DNA from: Rhabdaerophilum sp.
Lineage (GTDB): Bacteria; Pseudomonadota; Alphaproteobacteria; Rhizobiales; Beijerinckiaceae
Assembly: GCA_032229845.1 (NCBI GenBank)
Contig: JAVTWI010000241.1
Location: 1-43,304 of the forward strand
Length of the DNA stretch: 43,304 nucleotides
Direction of reading: 5' to 3'
The number at the start of each line of letters is the position of its first letter. Position 1 is the stretch's first letter. The notes under the pieces are model-generated. The model was not told where the DNA came from. It did no database searches and saw nothing but the letters and a program-made list of their open reading frames with translations. The translations under genes and the position numbers were made by a program. Of this stretch, positions 27,742 through 37,725 are shown piece by piece.

Positions 27742-28779
27742 ATGAACGACAGTCTCAGCACAGGCACGCCGCCGACCGCGCTCGACACACAGACGCGCCT
27801 GCGCCGGGCCCGCATTTTCAAAATCGGCGGCACAATCGCCAGTCTCGCGCTTTTCGCCGTCTCGCTCGTCGTGCTCTATTACGTGATGGGCCGGCTCGAC
27901 GCCAACGAGGTCAAGGGCGCCTTTTCCCGCGCGAGCTGGCAGCAGATCGGCCTGGCTCTGTTTTTCACGGCGCTCTCCTACACGATGCTGACCGGCTATG
28001 ACTGGGTGGCGCTGCCGGGCGTGACGGCGCAGAAAGTCCGGTATCGGGTCGCGGCGCTGGCGTCCTTCACGAGCTATGCCGTCAGTTTCACGCTCGGGTT
28101 CCCGCTGCTGACGGCGGCGACGGTGCGCTACTGGATCTATTCTAGCGTCGGGCTCGGCGCGCGCGCCATCGCCAGCCTCACGCTGATCGCCGGCATCACT
28201 TTCTGGCTGGGCATGGGGGTTGTGCTCGGTGCGGTGATGATCGCGGCGCCCGGCGCCGCGGCGACCTTCACCCGCCTGCCGGTGGCGATGAATGTGCTGA
28301 TCGGCATCGCCGTCTGCGCCGCGGTGGGGTTCTACCTGCTGATGGTGAAGCGCGGCAATCGCCGGCTTGCCATTCAGGGCTGGCAGCTGCGGCTGCCGAG
28401 CATCCGCGTGACCGTGCGGCAGATGGCGCTCGGCGCGGCCGACGTCTGCGCCGGCGCGGCGGTGCTGTTCGTGCTGCTGCCGCCCGATGCGCAGGTGCCA
28501 TTCGCGACGATGCTCGCGGCCTATGTCTTCGCCTGCCTTCTGGGCATCGCCAGTCATGCGCCCGGCGGGATCGGCGTGTTCGAGGCCACGATGCTGTTGG
28601 CGCTGCCGGGTGTGCCGACCGAGGCGCTGCTCGGCGCGCTGCTGGTTTATCGGCTCTGCTATTATCTCGTGCCCTTCGTCATCGCGCTCGTCCTGCTCGG
28701 CACGCGCGAGATCCTGATCCGGGCCGGCATGCTGCGGCGCCAGCTCGCCGATGGCGCCGAAGGGCCGCAGAATGGCTGA
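27742..28779 (+). CDS. Lysylphosphatidylglycerol synthase TM-domain (MprF N-terminal / UPF0104-like) membrane protein
   Basis: LTGYD, ASFTSYAVS, VRYWIYS, HAPGGIGVFEA, YRLCYYLVPF; no C-terminal synthase domain. Confidence 0.85.
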   Translation: MNDSLSTGTPPTALDTQTRLRRARIFKIGGTIASLALFAVSLVVLYYVMGRLDANEVKGAFSRASWQQIGLALFFTALSYTMLTGYDWVALPGVTAQKVRYRVAALASFTSYAVSFTLGFPLLTAATVRYWIYSSVGLGARAIASLTLIAGITFWLGMGVVLGAVMIAAPGAAATFTRLPVAMNVLIGIAVCAAVGFYLLMVKRGNRRLAIQGWQLRLPSIRVTVRQMALGAADVCAGAAVLFVLLPPDAQVPFATMLAAYVFACLLGIASHAPGGIGVFEATMLLALPGVPTEALLGALLVYRLCYYLVPFVIALVLLGTREILIRAGMLRRQLADGAEGPQNG

Positions 28780-30121
28780 GATGCCGCCAGAACCGCACGC
28801 GTTCGGGGCGGGTCAGGAAGCAGGCCAGGAAGCAGGCCAGGAGGCGGAACGGGAAGCCCGCGAGCAGGCGCGGCGTTCGGACATCATGCGCAAGCTCGCG
28901 CTTGTCGCGGCGGCGGGGCTGGTCGTGCTCGGGTTCAGATCGGGTCTGCCCTGGCTGGCGACGCTGGTGGCCGTGCTGTTGTTCGGCCTCGTCTATTTCG
29001 GCTGGGCGTCGCCGGAGGGCCGGGCGGCGGGGCGCAATCCGGGCCACCGACCCGGGGGGCTGGTCGAGAGCCGGCTCAGCGCCCTGCTCGATGCCATTGC
29101 GTCGCCCGCTGTCCTGATCGACCATCGCGGCACCATCCTGCGGGCGAATATCGCGGCACAGGAGGATTTCTCCGGCTTGCGCAACGGGCATCCGTTCTCC
29201 TTCGCGATCCGGACGCCGGCGGTGGGAGACGCCTTGTCGGCGCTGCTCGAGTCCGCCCGCGAAACCCAGGCCGAGTTCGTGGAGCGCGTGCCGGTCGAGC
29301 GCTCTTTCTCGGTGCTCATGCGTCGCCTCGAGGGGGCAAAGCCGGTCGGCGGCCTGCCATTTGCGCTGATTCTTTTCACGGAGACGACGGCGGCGCGCCG
29401 CATCGAGACCATGCGCGGCGATTTCGTCGCCAATGCCAGCCACGAGCTGCGCACGCCGCTCGCCTCGATTCTCGGCTTCATCGATACCTTGCAGGGCCCC
29501 GCGCGCAACGACGAGGCGGCGCGGCGCAACTTTCTCCTGATCATGGAGCGGCAGGCCCGGCGGATGTCCCGCCTCATCGACGACCTGCTCTCGCTCTCTC
29601 GCATCGAGATGAAGGCGCATATCCCGCCCTCGGACCGGATCGATCTCGCCAATGTCCTGCGCTCGGTCTGCGATGCGATGGCGGGGCTGGCGCGCGAGCG
29701 CAACGTGACGATCGGCATGGCGCTGCCTGAAGGGCAGACCTTCACCACTATCGGCGACCGCGACGAACTGGTGCGCGTGTTCGAGAACCTTATCGAGAAC
29801 GCGACCAAGTATGGCCAGAGCGGCGGCAAGGTCGATCTTTCACTCGCGCGGCTTGTCGACGGTGCGATTGGTCCCGCGATCGCCGTTTCGATCCGCGATT
29901 ACGGGCCGGGCGTCGCCGAGGAGCATCTACCACGCCTCACCGAGCGCTTTTACCGCGTCGATGCGGGCGAAAGCCGGATGCAGGGGGGCACCGGGCTGGG
30001 TCTGGCGCTGGTCAAGCACATCGTCTCGCGGCACCGTGGTCGCCTCGTCCTGCGGAGCAAGCCGGGAGAGGGGATGGAGGCTGTCATTATTCTGCCGGCA
30101 GTTCATGAAAAGTCAGAATAA
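28772..30121 (+). CDS. phoR: Phosphate regulon sensor kinase PhoR
   Basis: TMs, PAS-like region, DFVANASHELRTPL, RLTERFYRVD, GGTGLGL; upstream of pstS. Confidence 0.93.
   Translation: MAEMPPEPHAFGAGQEAGQEAGQEAEREAREQARRSDIMRKLALVAAAGLVVLGFRSGLPWLATLVAVLLFGLVYFGWASPEGRAAGRNPGHRPGGLVESRLSALLDAIASPAVLIDHRGTILRANIAAQEDFSGLRNGHPFSFAIRTPAVGDALSALLESARETQAEFVERVPVERSFSVLMRRLEGAKPVGGLPFALILFTETTAARRIETMRGDFVANASHELRTPLASILGFIDTLQGPARNDEAARRNFLLIMERQARRMSRLIDDLLSLSRIEMKAHIPPSDRIDLANVLRSVCDAMAGLARERNVTIGMALPEGQTFTTIGDRDELVRVFENLIENATKYGQSGGKVDLSLARLVDGAIGPAIAVSIRDYGPGVAEEHLPRLTERFYRVDAGESRMQGGTGLGLALVKHIVSRHRGRLVLRSKPGEGMEAVIILPAVHEKSE
28811..28846 (+). repeat. Three 12-bp tandem repeats encoding GQEA
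   Basis: GGTCAGGAAGCA GGCCAGGAAGCA GGCCAGGAGGCG. Confidence 0.8.
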
Positions 30122-30136
30122 AAACAAATGGATGGA

Positions 30137-30154
30137 CTGTCATCAATCTGTGAT
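30137..30154 (+). promoter_or_regulatory. Pho box
   Basis: CTGTCAT-CAAT-CTGTGAT upstream of pstS. Confidence 0.88.
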
Positions 30155-30243
30155 TTTGGCACTCTAGAAACCGCTCAGCCGCGGAATTGACGGGCTCCGC
30201 ATCCGGTGTGAGCGACCGTGGCTGCCAACAGGAGGCATCCTCT

Positions 30244-30273
30244 CATGGGTTCCAAGATCATGGGTTCCAAGAT
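30244..30273 (+). repeat. Exact 15-bp tandem duplication of the pstS start
   Basis: CATGGGTTCCAAGAT twice (MGSKI-MGSKI). Confidence 0.9.
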
Positions 30274-31309
30274 TCTTTCGGTTTCGGTTCTGGCGCTTGG
30301 TCTCGCGTCGGGGCTCGGGGCTGCTGAAGCCCGCGACCAGATTCGCATCGTCGGCTCCTCGACGGTTTATCCCTTCACCACCGCCGTTGCCGAAGTGTTC
30401 GGCAAAGCCGGCCTCGGCAAGACGCCGGTGGTCGAATCGACCGGCACCGGCGGCGGCATGAAGCTGTTCTGCGCCGGCGTCGGCGAAGCCCATCCGGACA
30501 TCACCAACGCCTCGCGCGCGATGAAGAAGGGTGAGTTCGACGAGTGTCAGAAGAACGGCGTCAAGGATATCGTCGAGGTCAAGGTCGGCATCGACGGCCT
30601 GACGATCGCCCAGTCGAAGGCGGGCGCGCCGGTGAAGATCACGATGGCGCAGGTGTTCCTCGCGCTGGCCGAGCAGGTTCCTGGCGCCGATGGCAAGCTG
30701 GTGCCGAACCCCTACAAGAAGTGGTCCGAGATCGACAAGTCGCTCCCCGACGTGAAGATCGAGGTGCTCGGTCCGCCGCCGACCTCCGGCACGCGCGACT
30801 CGTTCCATGAGCTGTTCATGGAAGCTGGCGCCAAGAAAATCCCGGCCGTGGCCGCGCTCGAAAAGACCGACAAGAAGGCCTTCGAGAAGGCCTGGAAGTC
30901 GCTCCGCAAGGATGGCGCCTACGTCGAGGCGGGCGAGAACGACAACGTGATCGTTCAGAAGCTCGAAGCCAACAAGGATACGTTCGGCATCTTCGGCTAC
31001 TCGTTCCTCGAGGAGAATACCGCCAAGCTGCGCGGCGTGACCGTTGACGGCATGGCGCCGACCTATGAGAACATCGCCGAAGGCAAGTACAAGGGGGCCC
31101 GCCCGCTCTTCATCTACGTGAAGAAGCAGCATGTCGGCGTGGTTCCGGGCATCGACAAGTTCGTGGCGGAATATGTTTCCTCCAAGGCGATGTCGGAAGA
31201 CGGCTATCTCGCCCGCAAGGGTCTCGTGACCCTGCCGAAGGCCGAGGCGGCCAAGATCGCCGCCAACGCCAAGGCGATGCTGACGCTGACCGGCGCCGAA
31301 CTGCACTGA
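30245..31309 (+). CDS. pstS: Phosphate ABC transporter substrate-binding protein
   Basis: IVGSSTVYPF, ESTGTGGG, GPPPTSGTRD, ARPLFIY; RBS AGGAGG. Confidence 0.95.
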   Translation: MGSKIMGSKILSVSVLALGLASGLGAAEARDQIRIVGSSTVYPFTTAVAEVFGKAGLGKTPVVESTGTGGGMKLFCAGVGEAHPDITNASRAMKKGEFDECQKNGVKDIVEVKVGIDGLTIAQSKAGAPVKITMAQVFLALAEQVPGADGKLVPNPYKKWSEIDKSLPDVKIEVLGPPPTSGTRDSFHELFMEAGAKKIPAVAALEKTDKKAFEKAWKSLRKDGAYVEAGENDNVIVQKLEANKDTFGIFGYSFLEENTAKLRGVTVDGMAPTYENIAEGKYKGARPLFIYVKKQHVGVVPGIDKFVAEYVSSKAMSEDGYLARKGLVTLPKAEAAKIAANAKAMLTLTGAELH

Positions 31310-31327
31310 TGTTTTCAGTGGAAAAGG

Positions 31328-31356
31328 GAATGCGGCGTGCAACCAGCGCCGCATTC
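31328..31356 (+). other. Hairpin between pstS and pstC (possible mRNA stability or partial termination element)
   Basis: GAATGCGGCG-N9-CGCCGCATTC, 10-bp stem. Confidence 0.55.
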
Positions 31357-31445
31357 ATTCTGTAAGAACCGCCAGGTTTGGCGGGCCGGGATCGGCGGGA
31401 GAGCCGTTTCTGTTCCGGCATGGCGCAGAGCCGCGGAGCGTTCCC

Positions 31446-32837
31446 ATGACGGGCTTCTATTTCCTGGCAGTCGCCCTCGTTGCCCTGGGGGGATTCTGGC
31501 TCTCGCGGAGCCGGGCCGCGCATCTCGCGGCCCAGCCCGGTATGTCGCTCCATTCGCTGCCGATCTATCACGGTCTCCTTACCGCGAGCGCAGTCCTGAT
31601 CGGCATGATCGCCCTGTTCGCAGTCGGCAAGCCGCTCGTCACGACGCTCGCCGTTGAGCAGGCCCTCGCCTTCCTCCCCGCCGCGGAGACCGCCGATGCC
31701 CTGCATCGCGGCAAGGCGTTGCGGGAGATCGGGAATGTCCTCTCCGGCCAGTTCTCGGGTGAGGTGTCTCAGCCGCTCCGGCTGGCGGCAGACAGAATGG
31801 GAGCGATCCTGTCGTGGGGCAATGGGCTGATCCTCGTGCTCGGCGTGTTTCTCGGCCTTGCTGCCGTGCTTTATTTCTATCGCCGGGTCGGGTCCGAATT
31901 CCGGGCGCGCAACCGGTTCGAGCGCGTCGTGCGCGTGGTGCTGATCGCCTGCGCTTCGGTTGCGGTGCTCACGACGATCGGCATCGTCCTGTCGGTGATG
32001 TTCGAGACCTACCGCTTCTTCTTCGATCCCGCGCTGAAGGGCCGGCCGACGGTCACCGAGTTCCTGTTCGGCACCGAGTGGAACCCGCAATCGGCCCTTC
32101 GCGCCGATCAGGGTGAAATCCGCACGGCCTTCGGCTTCGTGCCGCTGCTGACGGGCACGCTGCTCATCACCGCGATTGCGATTGCGGTTGCCGGGCCGCT
32201 TGGCCTGTTCTCGGCGATCTACCTTTCCGAATACGCCGGCCCGAAGGTGCGCGCCGTTGCCAAGCCGCTGCTCGAACTGCTGGCCGGCATTCCCACGGTC
32301 GTGCTGGGCTTTTTCGCCGCATTGACGGTCGCGCCGCTCGTGCGCGGCTTCGGCGGGCGCCTCGGGCTCGATGTCGCCTCGGAATCCGCGCTCGCGGCCG
32401 GGCTGGTGATGGGCATGATGATCATCCCGTTCATTTCCTCGCTTTCGGACGATGTGATGAACGCGGTGCCGCAATCCCTGCGCGATGCTGCTCTGGGGCT
32501 CGGCAGCACGCGGGCGGAGACGATCCGCCTCGTGGTGCTGCCGGCGGCGCTGCCGGGTATCGTTTCGGCTTTCATGCTGGCGATCTCGCGCGCGATCGGC
32601 GAGACGATGATCGTGGTGATGGCGGCCGGTCTCGCCGCCAACCTCACGGCCAATCCGTTCGACGCGGTGACGACGATCACCGTCCAGATCAAGACCATTC
32701 TCGTCGGCGATCAGGAGTTCGACAGCGCCAAGACGCTGGCCGCCTTCGCGCTCGGGTTCGTCCTGTTCTTCATCACGCTGATGCTCAACTTCATCGCCCT
32801 TCGGGTCGTGCAGAAATACCGGGAGCAATATGACTGA
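31446..32837 (+). CDS. pstC: Phosphate ABC transporter permease
   Basis: FLFGTEW, ELLAGIPTVV, SRAIGETMIV, GDQEFDS. Confidence 0.95.
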   Translation: MTGFYFLAVALVALGGFWLSRSRAAHLAAQPGMSLHSLPIYHGLLTASAVLIGMIALFAVGKPLVTTLAVEQALAFLPAAETADALHRGKALREIGNVLSGQFSGEVSQPLRLAADRMGAILSWGNGLILVLGVFLGLAAVLYFYRRVGSEFRARNRFERVVRVVLIACASVAVLTTIGIVLSVMFETYRFFFDPALKGRPTVTEFLFGTEWNPQSALRADQGEIRTAFGFVPLLTGTLLITAIAIAVAGPLGLFSAIYLSEYAGPKVRAVAKPLLELLAGIPTVVLGFFAALTVAPLVRGFGGRLGLDVASESALAAGLVMGMMIIPFISSLSDDVMNAVPQSLRDAALGLGSTRAETIRLVVLPAALPGIVSAFMLAISRAIGETMIVVMAAGLAANLTANPFDAVTTITVQIKTILVGDQEFDSAKTLAAFALGFVLFFITLMLNFIALRVVQKYREQYD

Positions 32838-34557
32838 CGCTGCCCTGTCCGCTTCCACGAGCCCGCGCCGCCCGGTTTCGGCGGCAGTGCAGGCGCGCCT
32901 CAAGGCCCGTTACCGTGCCGAGCGGCGCTTCCGCGCCTATGGCCTGTTCGCGCTGCTTCTGACGAGCGCCTTCGTCGTTGCGTTGCTCGGCGACATCCTC
33001 GTTCGGGGCCTGCCTTCGTTCTGGCAGTACCATGTAACCCTCGATGTCGATTACAAGGCGGACGTGATCGATCCCGCCGGCAAGCGCGAGGCGGATGCGC
33101 TGCGCAGCGCCGATTACAGCCAGCTCGCGCAGCAGGCGCTTCAGGAAGCGGTGCCGGGGATTACGGGCAGGCAGGCCCGGCGGGCGCTGTCACGCCTCTT
33201 GTCGACTGGCTCGGGTGATACGCTCCGCGCCGCCGTTCTGGCCGATCCGGCGCTGATCGGCACCCGGCAGAAGATACAACTGCCGATTTCCGCGGATTCC
33301 GATCTCTATCTCAAAGCTAATGGCGGCGCGCCATCGGCCACGCCGGGCAAGGGAGCCCTGACCGCGACGGTCGACGGCAACGATGTCGCGCTGACGGCGA
33401 ACGGTCCGGAATTCGGCGCGGCCCTCGCCGCCGTGAAAGACATTCTCGCCGCGCGTGCCCGTGCTCTTCGCACGGAGATGACGCGCATCGGCACCGGCGG
33501 CTCCGATGCGAGCAAGGCGCGCCTCGCCGAACTTCAGGCCGAGGCCGAGAAACTCGAGGCGCGCGCAACCGCCAAGGATCAGCCGGAAGAAGTCGACGGC
33601 AACATGCCGAGCCTGCTGGTCGGCTGGGGCGAGGGGCTGGTGAAGATCGCGCGGCTGGGGCCGGACAAGGCCGAGGGCACGGCGCTGCTGCCGGTCGGCG
33701 ACGGCGGGGAAATCAAGGCGGGCGCGTGGTCGCTCCGTCGCTACGCCGTGCCGGAGAACGCGCGCAAGACGACCGATCAGGAGATCGCGTTTCTTGATCG
33801 GCTCGCTGGCGCTGGCCGGATCGAAAATCGCTTCAACACGCTGTTCTTCAAGGCTGGCGACAGCCGCGAACCGGAACTCGCCGGCATTCGCGGTGCGCTG
33901 GTCGGCTCGTTCCTGACGCTGCTGGTCACGCTGGCACTGTGCCTGCCGATCGGCGTGATGGCGGCGGTCTATCTCGAGGAATTCGCGCCGAAGAACCGGC
34001 TGACCGAGATCATCGAGGTCAATATCAATAACCTCGCGGCAGTGCCCTCGATCGTGTTCGGCCTGCTCGGCCTCGCGGTGTTTCTGAACTTCTTCAACCT
34101 GCCGCGCTCGGCGCCGCTGGTCGGCGGGCTGGTGCTGGCGCTGCTGGTGCTGCCGACGATCATCATTGCCGCCCGCGCGGCGATCAAGGCGGTGCCGCCG
34201 TCGATCAAGGAGGCGGCACTCGGCCTTGGCGCCTCGCATCAGCAGGCGGTGTTCCATCATGTGCTGCCGCTGGCGATGCCCGGCATCATGACCGGCACGA
34301 TCATCGGCATGGCGCATGCCCTTGGCGAGACCGCGCCGCTGCTGATGATCGGCATGGTCGCCTTCATCGTCGACATCCCGGGCGGCATCACCGATGCCGC
34401 GACCGTGATGCCGGTGCAGATTTATCTCTGGTCGGATCTTCCCGAGCAGGCTTTCAAGGCAAAGACGGCCGGCGCCATCGTGGTGCTGCTGGCCTTCCTT
34501 TTTGCGATGAACGGCGCGGCGATCTGGCTGCGCAAGCGTTTCGAGCGACGGTGGTGA
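32830..34557 (+). CDS. pstA: Phosphate ABC transporter permease with enlarged extracytoplasmic loop
   Basis: [35 protein letters not shown]. Confidence 0.93.
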   Translation: MTDAALSASTSPRRPVSAAVQARLKARYRAERRFRAYGLFALLLTSAFVVALLGDILVRGLPSFWQYHVTLDVDYKADVIDPAGKREADALRSADYSQLAQQALQEAVPGITGRQARRALSRLLSTGSGDTLRAAVLADPALIGTRQKIQLPISADSDLYLKANGGAPSATPGKGALTATVDGNDVALTANGPEFGAALAAVKDILAARARALRTEMTRIGTGGSDASKARLAELQAEAEKLEARATAKDQPEEVDGNMPSLLVGWGEGLVKIARLGPDKAEGTALLPVGDGGEIKAGAWSLRRYAVPENARKTTDQEIAFLDRLAGAGRIENRFNTLFFKAGDSREPELAGIRGALVGSFLTLLVTLALCLPIGVMAAVYLEEFAPKNRLTEIIEVNINNLAAVPSIVFGLLGLAVFLNFFNLPRSAPLVGGLVLALLVLPTIIIAARAAIKAVPPSIKEAALGLGASHQQAVFHHVLPLAMPGIMTGTIIGMAHALGETAPLLMIGMVAFIVDIPGGITDAATVMPVQIYLWSDLPEQAFKAKTAGAIVVLLAFLFAMNGAAIWLRKRFERRW

Positions 34558-34558
34558 C

Positions 34559-35365
34559 ATGAACGATGTTGAGACGATGACGACAGCCGGGTCGGTGGAC
34601 GCGCAGCCGCGCGTCAAGGTCATCGCGCGGGGGGTCGATGTGTTCTATGGCGAGAAGCACGCCATCAAGAACCTGACGGTCGATATTCCGGACCGCGCGG
34701 TGACGGCGTTCATCGGCCCGTCCGGTTGCGGCAAATCGACCTTCCTGCGCTGCATCAACCGCATGAACGACACCATTGCGAACTGCCGCGTGACGGGACG
34801 CATCGAGATCGACGGCGAGGACGTCTACGATCCCGCGCTCGATGTCGTTCAGCTGCGCGCCCGCGTCGGCATGGTGTTCCAGAAGCCGAACCCCTTCCCC
34901 AAATCGGTTTTCGAGAATGTCGCCTACGGCCCGAAGCTGCACGGCCTCGCGCGTGACCGCACCGAGCTTGAGGAGATCGTCGTGCGCTCCCTGAAGCGCG
35001 CCAGCCTTTTCGAAGAGGTGAAGGATCGCCTCAACGATCCCGGCACCGGCCTCTCCGGCGGCCAGCAGCAGCGCCTGTGCATCGCCCGCGCCATCGCGGT
35101 CAGCCCCGAAGTCATCCTGATGGACGAGCCGTGTTCCGCGCTCGACCCGATCGCCACCGCGAAGATCGAGGAACTGATCGACGAGTTGCGTTCGAACTTC
35201 ACCATCGTCATCGTGACGCATTCGATGCAGCAGGCGGCCCGCGTCTCCCAGCGGACGGCGTTTTTCCATCTCGGCACGCTGGTCGAGGAAGGCGCAACGG
35301 AGCAGATCTTCACCGCGCCGCAGGATCGCCGGACGCAGGATTACATCACCGGCCGCTTCGGCTGA
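34559..35365 (+). CDS. pstB: Phosphate ABC transporter ATPase
   Basis: [31 protein letters not shown]. Confidence 0.97.
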   Translation: MNDVETMTTAGSVDAQPRVKVIARGVDVFYGEKHAIKNLTVDIPDRAVTAFIGPSGCGKSTFLRCINRMNDTIANCRVTGRIEIDGEDVYDPALDVVQLRARVGMVFQKPNPFPKSVFENVAYGPKLHGLARDRTELEEIVVRSLKRASLFEEVKDRLNDPGTGLSGGQQQRLCIARAIAVSPEVILMDEPCSALDPIATAKIEELIDELRSNFTIVIVTHSMQQAARVSQRTAFFHLGTLVEEGATEQIFTAPQDRRTQDYITGRFG

Positions 35366-35382
35366 GCCGGCAGGAGGAACGC

Positions 35383-36096
35383 ATGACCCAGCATATTGTC
35401 CGTGCCTTCGACGAGGAACTCGGCGCCCTTTCCGCCAAGATCATCCAGATGGGCGGCATCGCCGAGGCGATGCTGATCGACGCGGTGGATGCGCTCGCCA
35501 AGCACGATGTTGCCAAGGCCCGAACGGTCGTCGAGCGCGATGTCCAGCTTGACGAACTCCAGCATGCCATCGAGGAGCGGGCGGTGCTGGTCATCGCCAA
35601 GCGCCAGCCGATGGCGAACGATCTCCGCCATATCATGGGCACGATCCGCATCGCCGGCGACCTTGAGCGGATCGGCGATCTCGTGAAGAACATCGGCAAG
35701 CGCGTGACGGTGATGGAAGATCTCTTCCTCTCGTTCCGCTCGATGTCCGGCATCCAGCACATGGCGCATCTCGTGCTCCAGCAGGTCAAGGCCGTGCTCG
35801 ACAGCTTCTCGCAGAACAGCGCCGAACTTGCCCGCCACGTCTGGCTGCACGACGGCGAGGTCGATACGCTCCACAACGCGCTTTTCCGCGAACTCCTCAC
35901 CTACATGATGGAGGATCCGCGCTCGATCACCTTCGCGACGCACATGCTCTTCATCGCCAAGAACATCGAGCGCGCCGGCGATCACGCCACCAACATCGCC
36001 GAGACCGTCTATTTCATCGAGACCGGGCAGCAGCTGAGCGGCCCGCGCCCGAAGGGAGAATCCTCGGCCGTGGCCTTCGACAGCCAGGACGACTGA
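35383..36096 (+). CDS. phoU: Phosphate signalling protein PhoU
   Basis: QPMANDLR, LERIGD, IERAGDHATNIAE. Confidence 0.96.
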   Translation: MTQHIVRAFDEELGALSAKIIQMGGIAEAMLIDAVDALAKHDVAKARTVVERDVQLDELQHAIEERAVLVIAKRQPMANDLRHIMGTIRIAGDLERIGDLVKNIGKRVTVMEDLFLSFRSMSGIQHMAHLVLQQVKAVLDSFSQNSAELARHVWLHDGEVDTLHNALFRELLTYMMEDPRSITFATHMLFIAKNIERAGDHATNIAETVYFIETGQQLSGPRPKGESSAVAFDSQDD

Positions 36097-36097
36097 T

Positions 36098-36799
36098 ATG
36101 TCCGGTGCGCCGCGGATCCTCGTCGTGGAAGACGAGGAGGCTCTCGCCATTCTCCTGCGCTACAACCTTGAGGCGGAAGGCTATCAGGTCGATCATGTCG
36201 CGCGCGGCGACGAGGCGGACCTGCGCCTGCGTGAGCAGATTCCGGACCTTCTGGTGCTCGACTGGATGCTGCCGGCGCTTTCGGGCATCGAGATCTGCCG
36301 GCGGGTGCGCTCGCGCCCCGAGACGGCGCGTCTGCCGATCATCATGCTGACGGCGCGCGGTGAGGAATCCGAACGCATTCGCGGGCTTTCGGTTGGTGCC
36401 GACGATTATGTCGTCAAGCCGTTCTCGGTGCCGGAGCTGGTGGCCCGGGTGCACGCGCTCCTGCGCCGTGCGAAGCCCGAACATGTCGCCCATCAGCTGG
36501 CGATCGGCGATATCGCGCTCGACCGGATGACGAAACGCGTGCGACGCGGCGAGCGCGAGCTGCACCTCGGGCCGACCGAGTTCCGCCTGCTTGAATTCCT
36601 GATGAAGAGCCCCGGCCGGGTGTTCACACGCGAACACCTGCTCGACAATGTCTGGGGGCAGGATGTCTATGTCGACGAGCGCACCGTCGATGTCCACGTC
36701 GGGCGCCTGCGCAAGGTGCTCAACCGCCGTGGCCAGCAGGATCCGATCCGGACGGTGCGCGGCGCCGGCTATTCCTTCGACGAGACGTTTGGCCGCTGA
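36098..36799 (+). CDS. phoB: Phosphate regulon response regulator PhoB
   Basis: LDWMLP, LGPTEFRLL, ERTVDVHVGRLRK, IRTVRGAGY. Confidence 0.96.
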   Translation: MSGAPRILVVEDEEALAILLRYNLEAEGYQVDHVARGDEADLRLREQIPDLLVLDWMLPALSGIEICRRVRSRPETARLPIIMLTARGEESERIRGLSVGADDYVVKPFSVPELVARVHALLRRAKPEHVAHQLAIGDIALDRMTKRVRRGERELHLGPTEFRLLEFLMKSPGRVFTREHLLDNVWGQDVYVDERTVDVHVGRLRKVLNRRGQQDPIRTVRGAGYSFDETFGR

Positions 36800-36821
36800 C
36801 GGCGAACCTGCGGCCGCTGAC

Positions 36822-36847
36822 AAAAAACCCGCCTTCCGGCGGGTTTT
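36822..36847. terminator. Bidirectional terminator between phoB and gcrA
   Basis: AAAAAACCCGCC-TTCC-GGCGGGTTTT. Confidence 0.85.
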
Positions 36848-36870
36848 GGCATTCTGGTGGGGAAAACCGG

Positions 36871-37350
36871 TCAGCTCGCGCGCCGGCGGTCGTTCTGCGG
36901 CTGGAAGGCGACGCGCGCATGCGCCTCGCAATAGGTCTTGCCGGCTCCGCAATCCGCGCCGCAATAGGCGAAATCGGCCTGGAGCGGATCGCCGAGCGGC
37001 CAACGGCACACGCCCTCGCGCAGTTCCATGATCGAGACGCGGCGCGACATCGGGATCACCACGCTCTCCCGCACCGGCTCGGCAATCGCGATCGCATCGG
37101 TGACCTCGACGACCGCGAGGTTGCCGCGGAACGAAACCGTCGTCGAGCGGACCGGTGCCTTGACGGCCTTGCGCGGCCGGGCTGCGGCGGCCGGCTTGGC
37201 CTTGGTGCGGCCGGAAAGGCCGAGGCGGTGAACCTTGCCGATGACCGCGTTGCGGGTGACGCCGCCGAGTTCGGCAGCGATCTGGCTGGCGCTCAGGCCT
37301 TCGCCCCAGAGCTTTTTCAGCTGCTCGATGCGATTGTCGTCCCAGGACAT
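36871..37350 (-). CDS. gcrA: Cell-cycle regulator GcrA
   Basis: MSWDDNRIEQLKKLWGEGLSASQIA...TRNAVIGKVHRLGL; CRWPLGDP, YCG, YCEAH; RBS GAGGAGG. Confidence 0.95.
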   Translation of the reverse strand: MSWDDNRIEQLKKLWGEGLSASQIAAELGGVTRNAVIGKVHRLGLSGRTKAKPAAAARPRKAVKAPVRSTTVSFRGNLAVVEVTDAIAIAEPVRESVVIPMSRRVSIMELREGVCRWPLGDPLQADFAYCGADCGAGKTYCEAHARVAFQPQNDRRRAS

Positions 37351-37725
37351 GCCCACCTCCTCAAAGTTTCTTTGCGCGCTCCAGCGCGGAATCCCTCTCC
37401 TCGCCCGCGAAAAACGCCGCGAACTCGACCGGTTGAACCGGGTGGGGAAACTGTCGACCGGAGCCAGCGCCCTCATGCCGTCCGCCACCGGGGCGACTGC
37501 GCTTGACCTGAAAACGACCCTAGCCGATCCCGCCGCCGAGGTTGAGAGTCGCAAAAGCAACAGTTCCTGTTTTCAACAGCGTTTGTTGCCGGAGCGCCTG
37601 TTTTCCCGCTTTCGGACCGGAGTTGCGACGGTGCCGCGGAACATTGACTTTTTTTGGAAAATCGGAAAGAAAAACGCATCCGCCGCCCTTGTTGGGCGGC
37701 CTTCTTTTTTGGTCCGGAGGATGCC

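Noticed and set aside
30081-30098. Second Pho box at the end of phoR (CTGTCAT-TATT-CTGCCGG)
   Set aside because: Second half-site is poor and it lies in coding sequence
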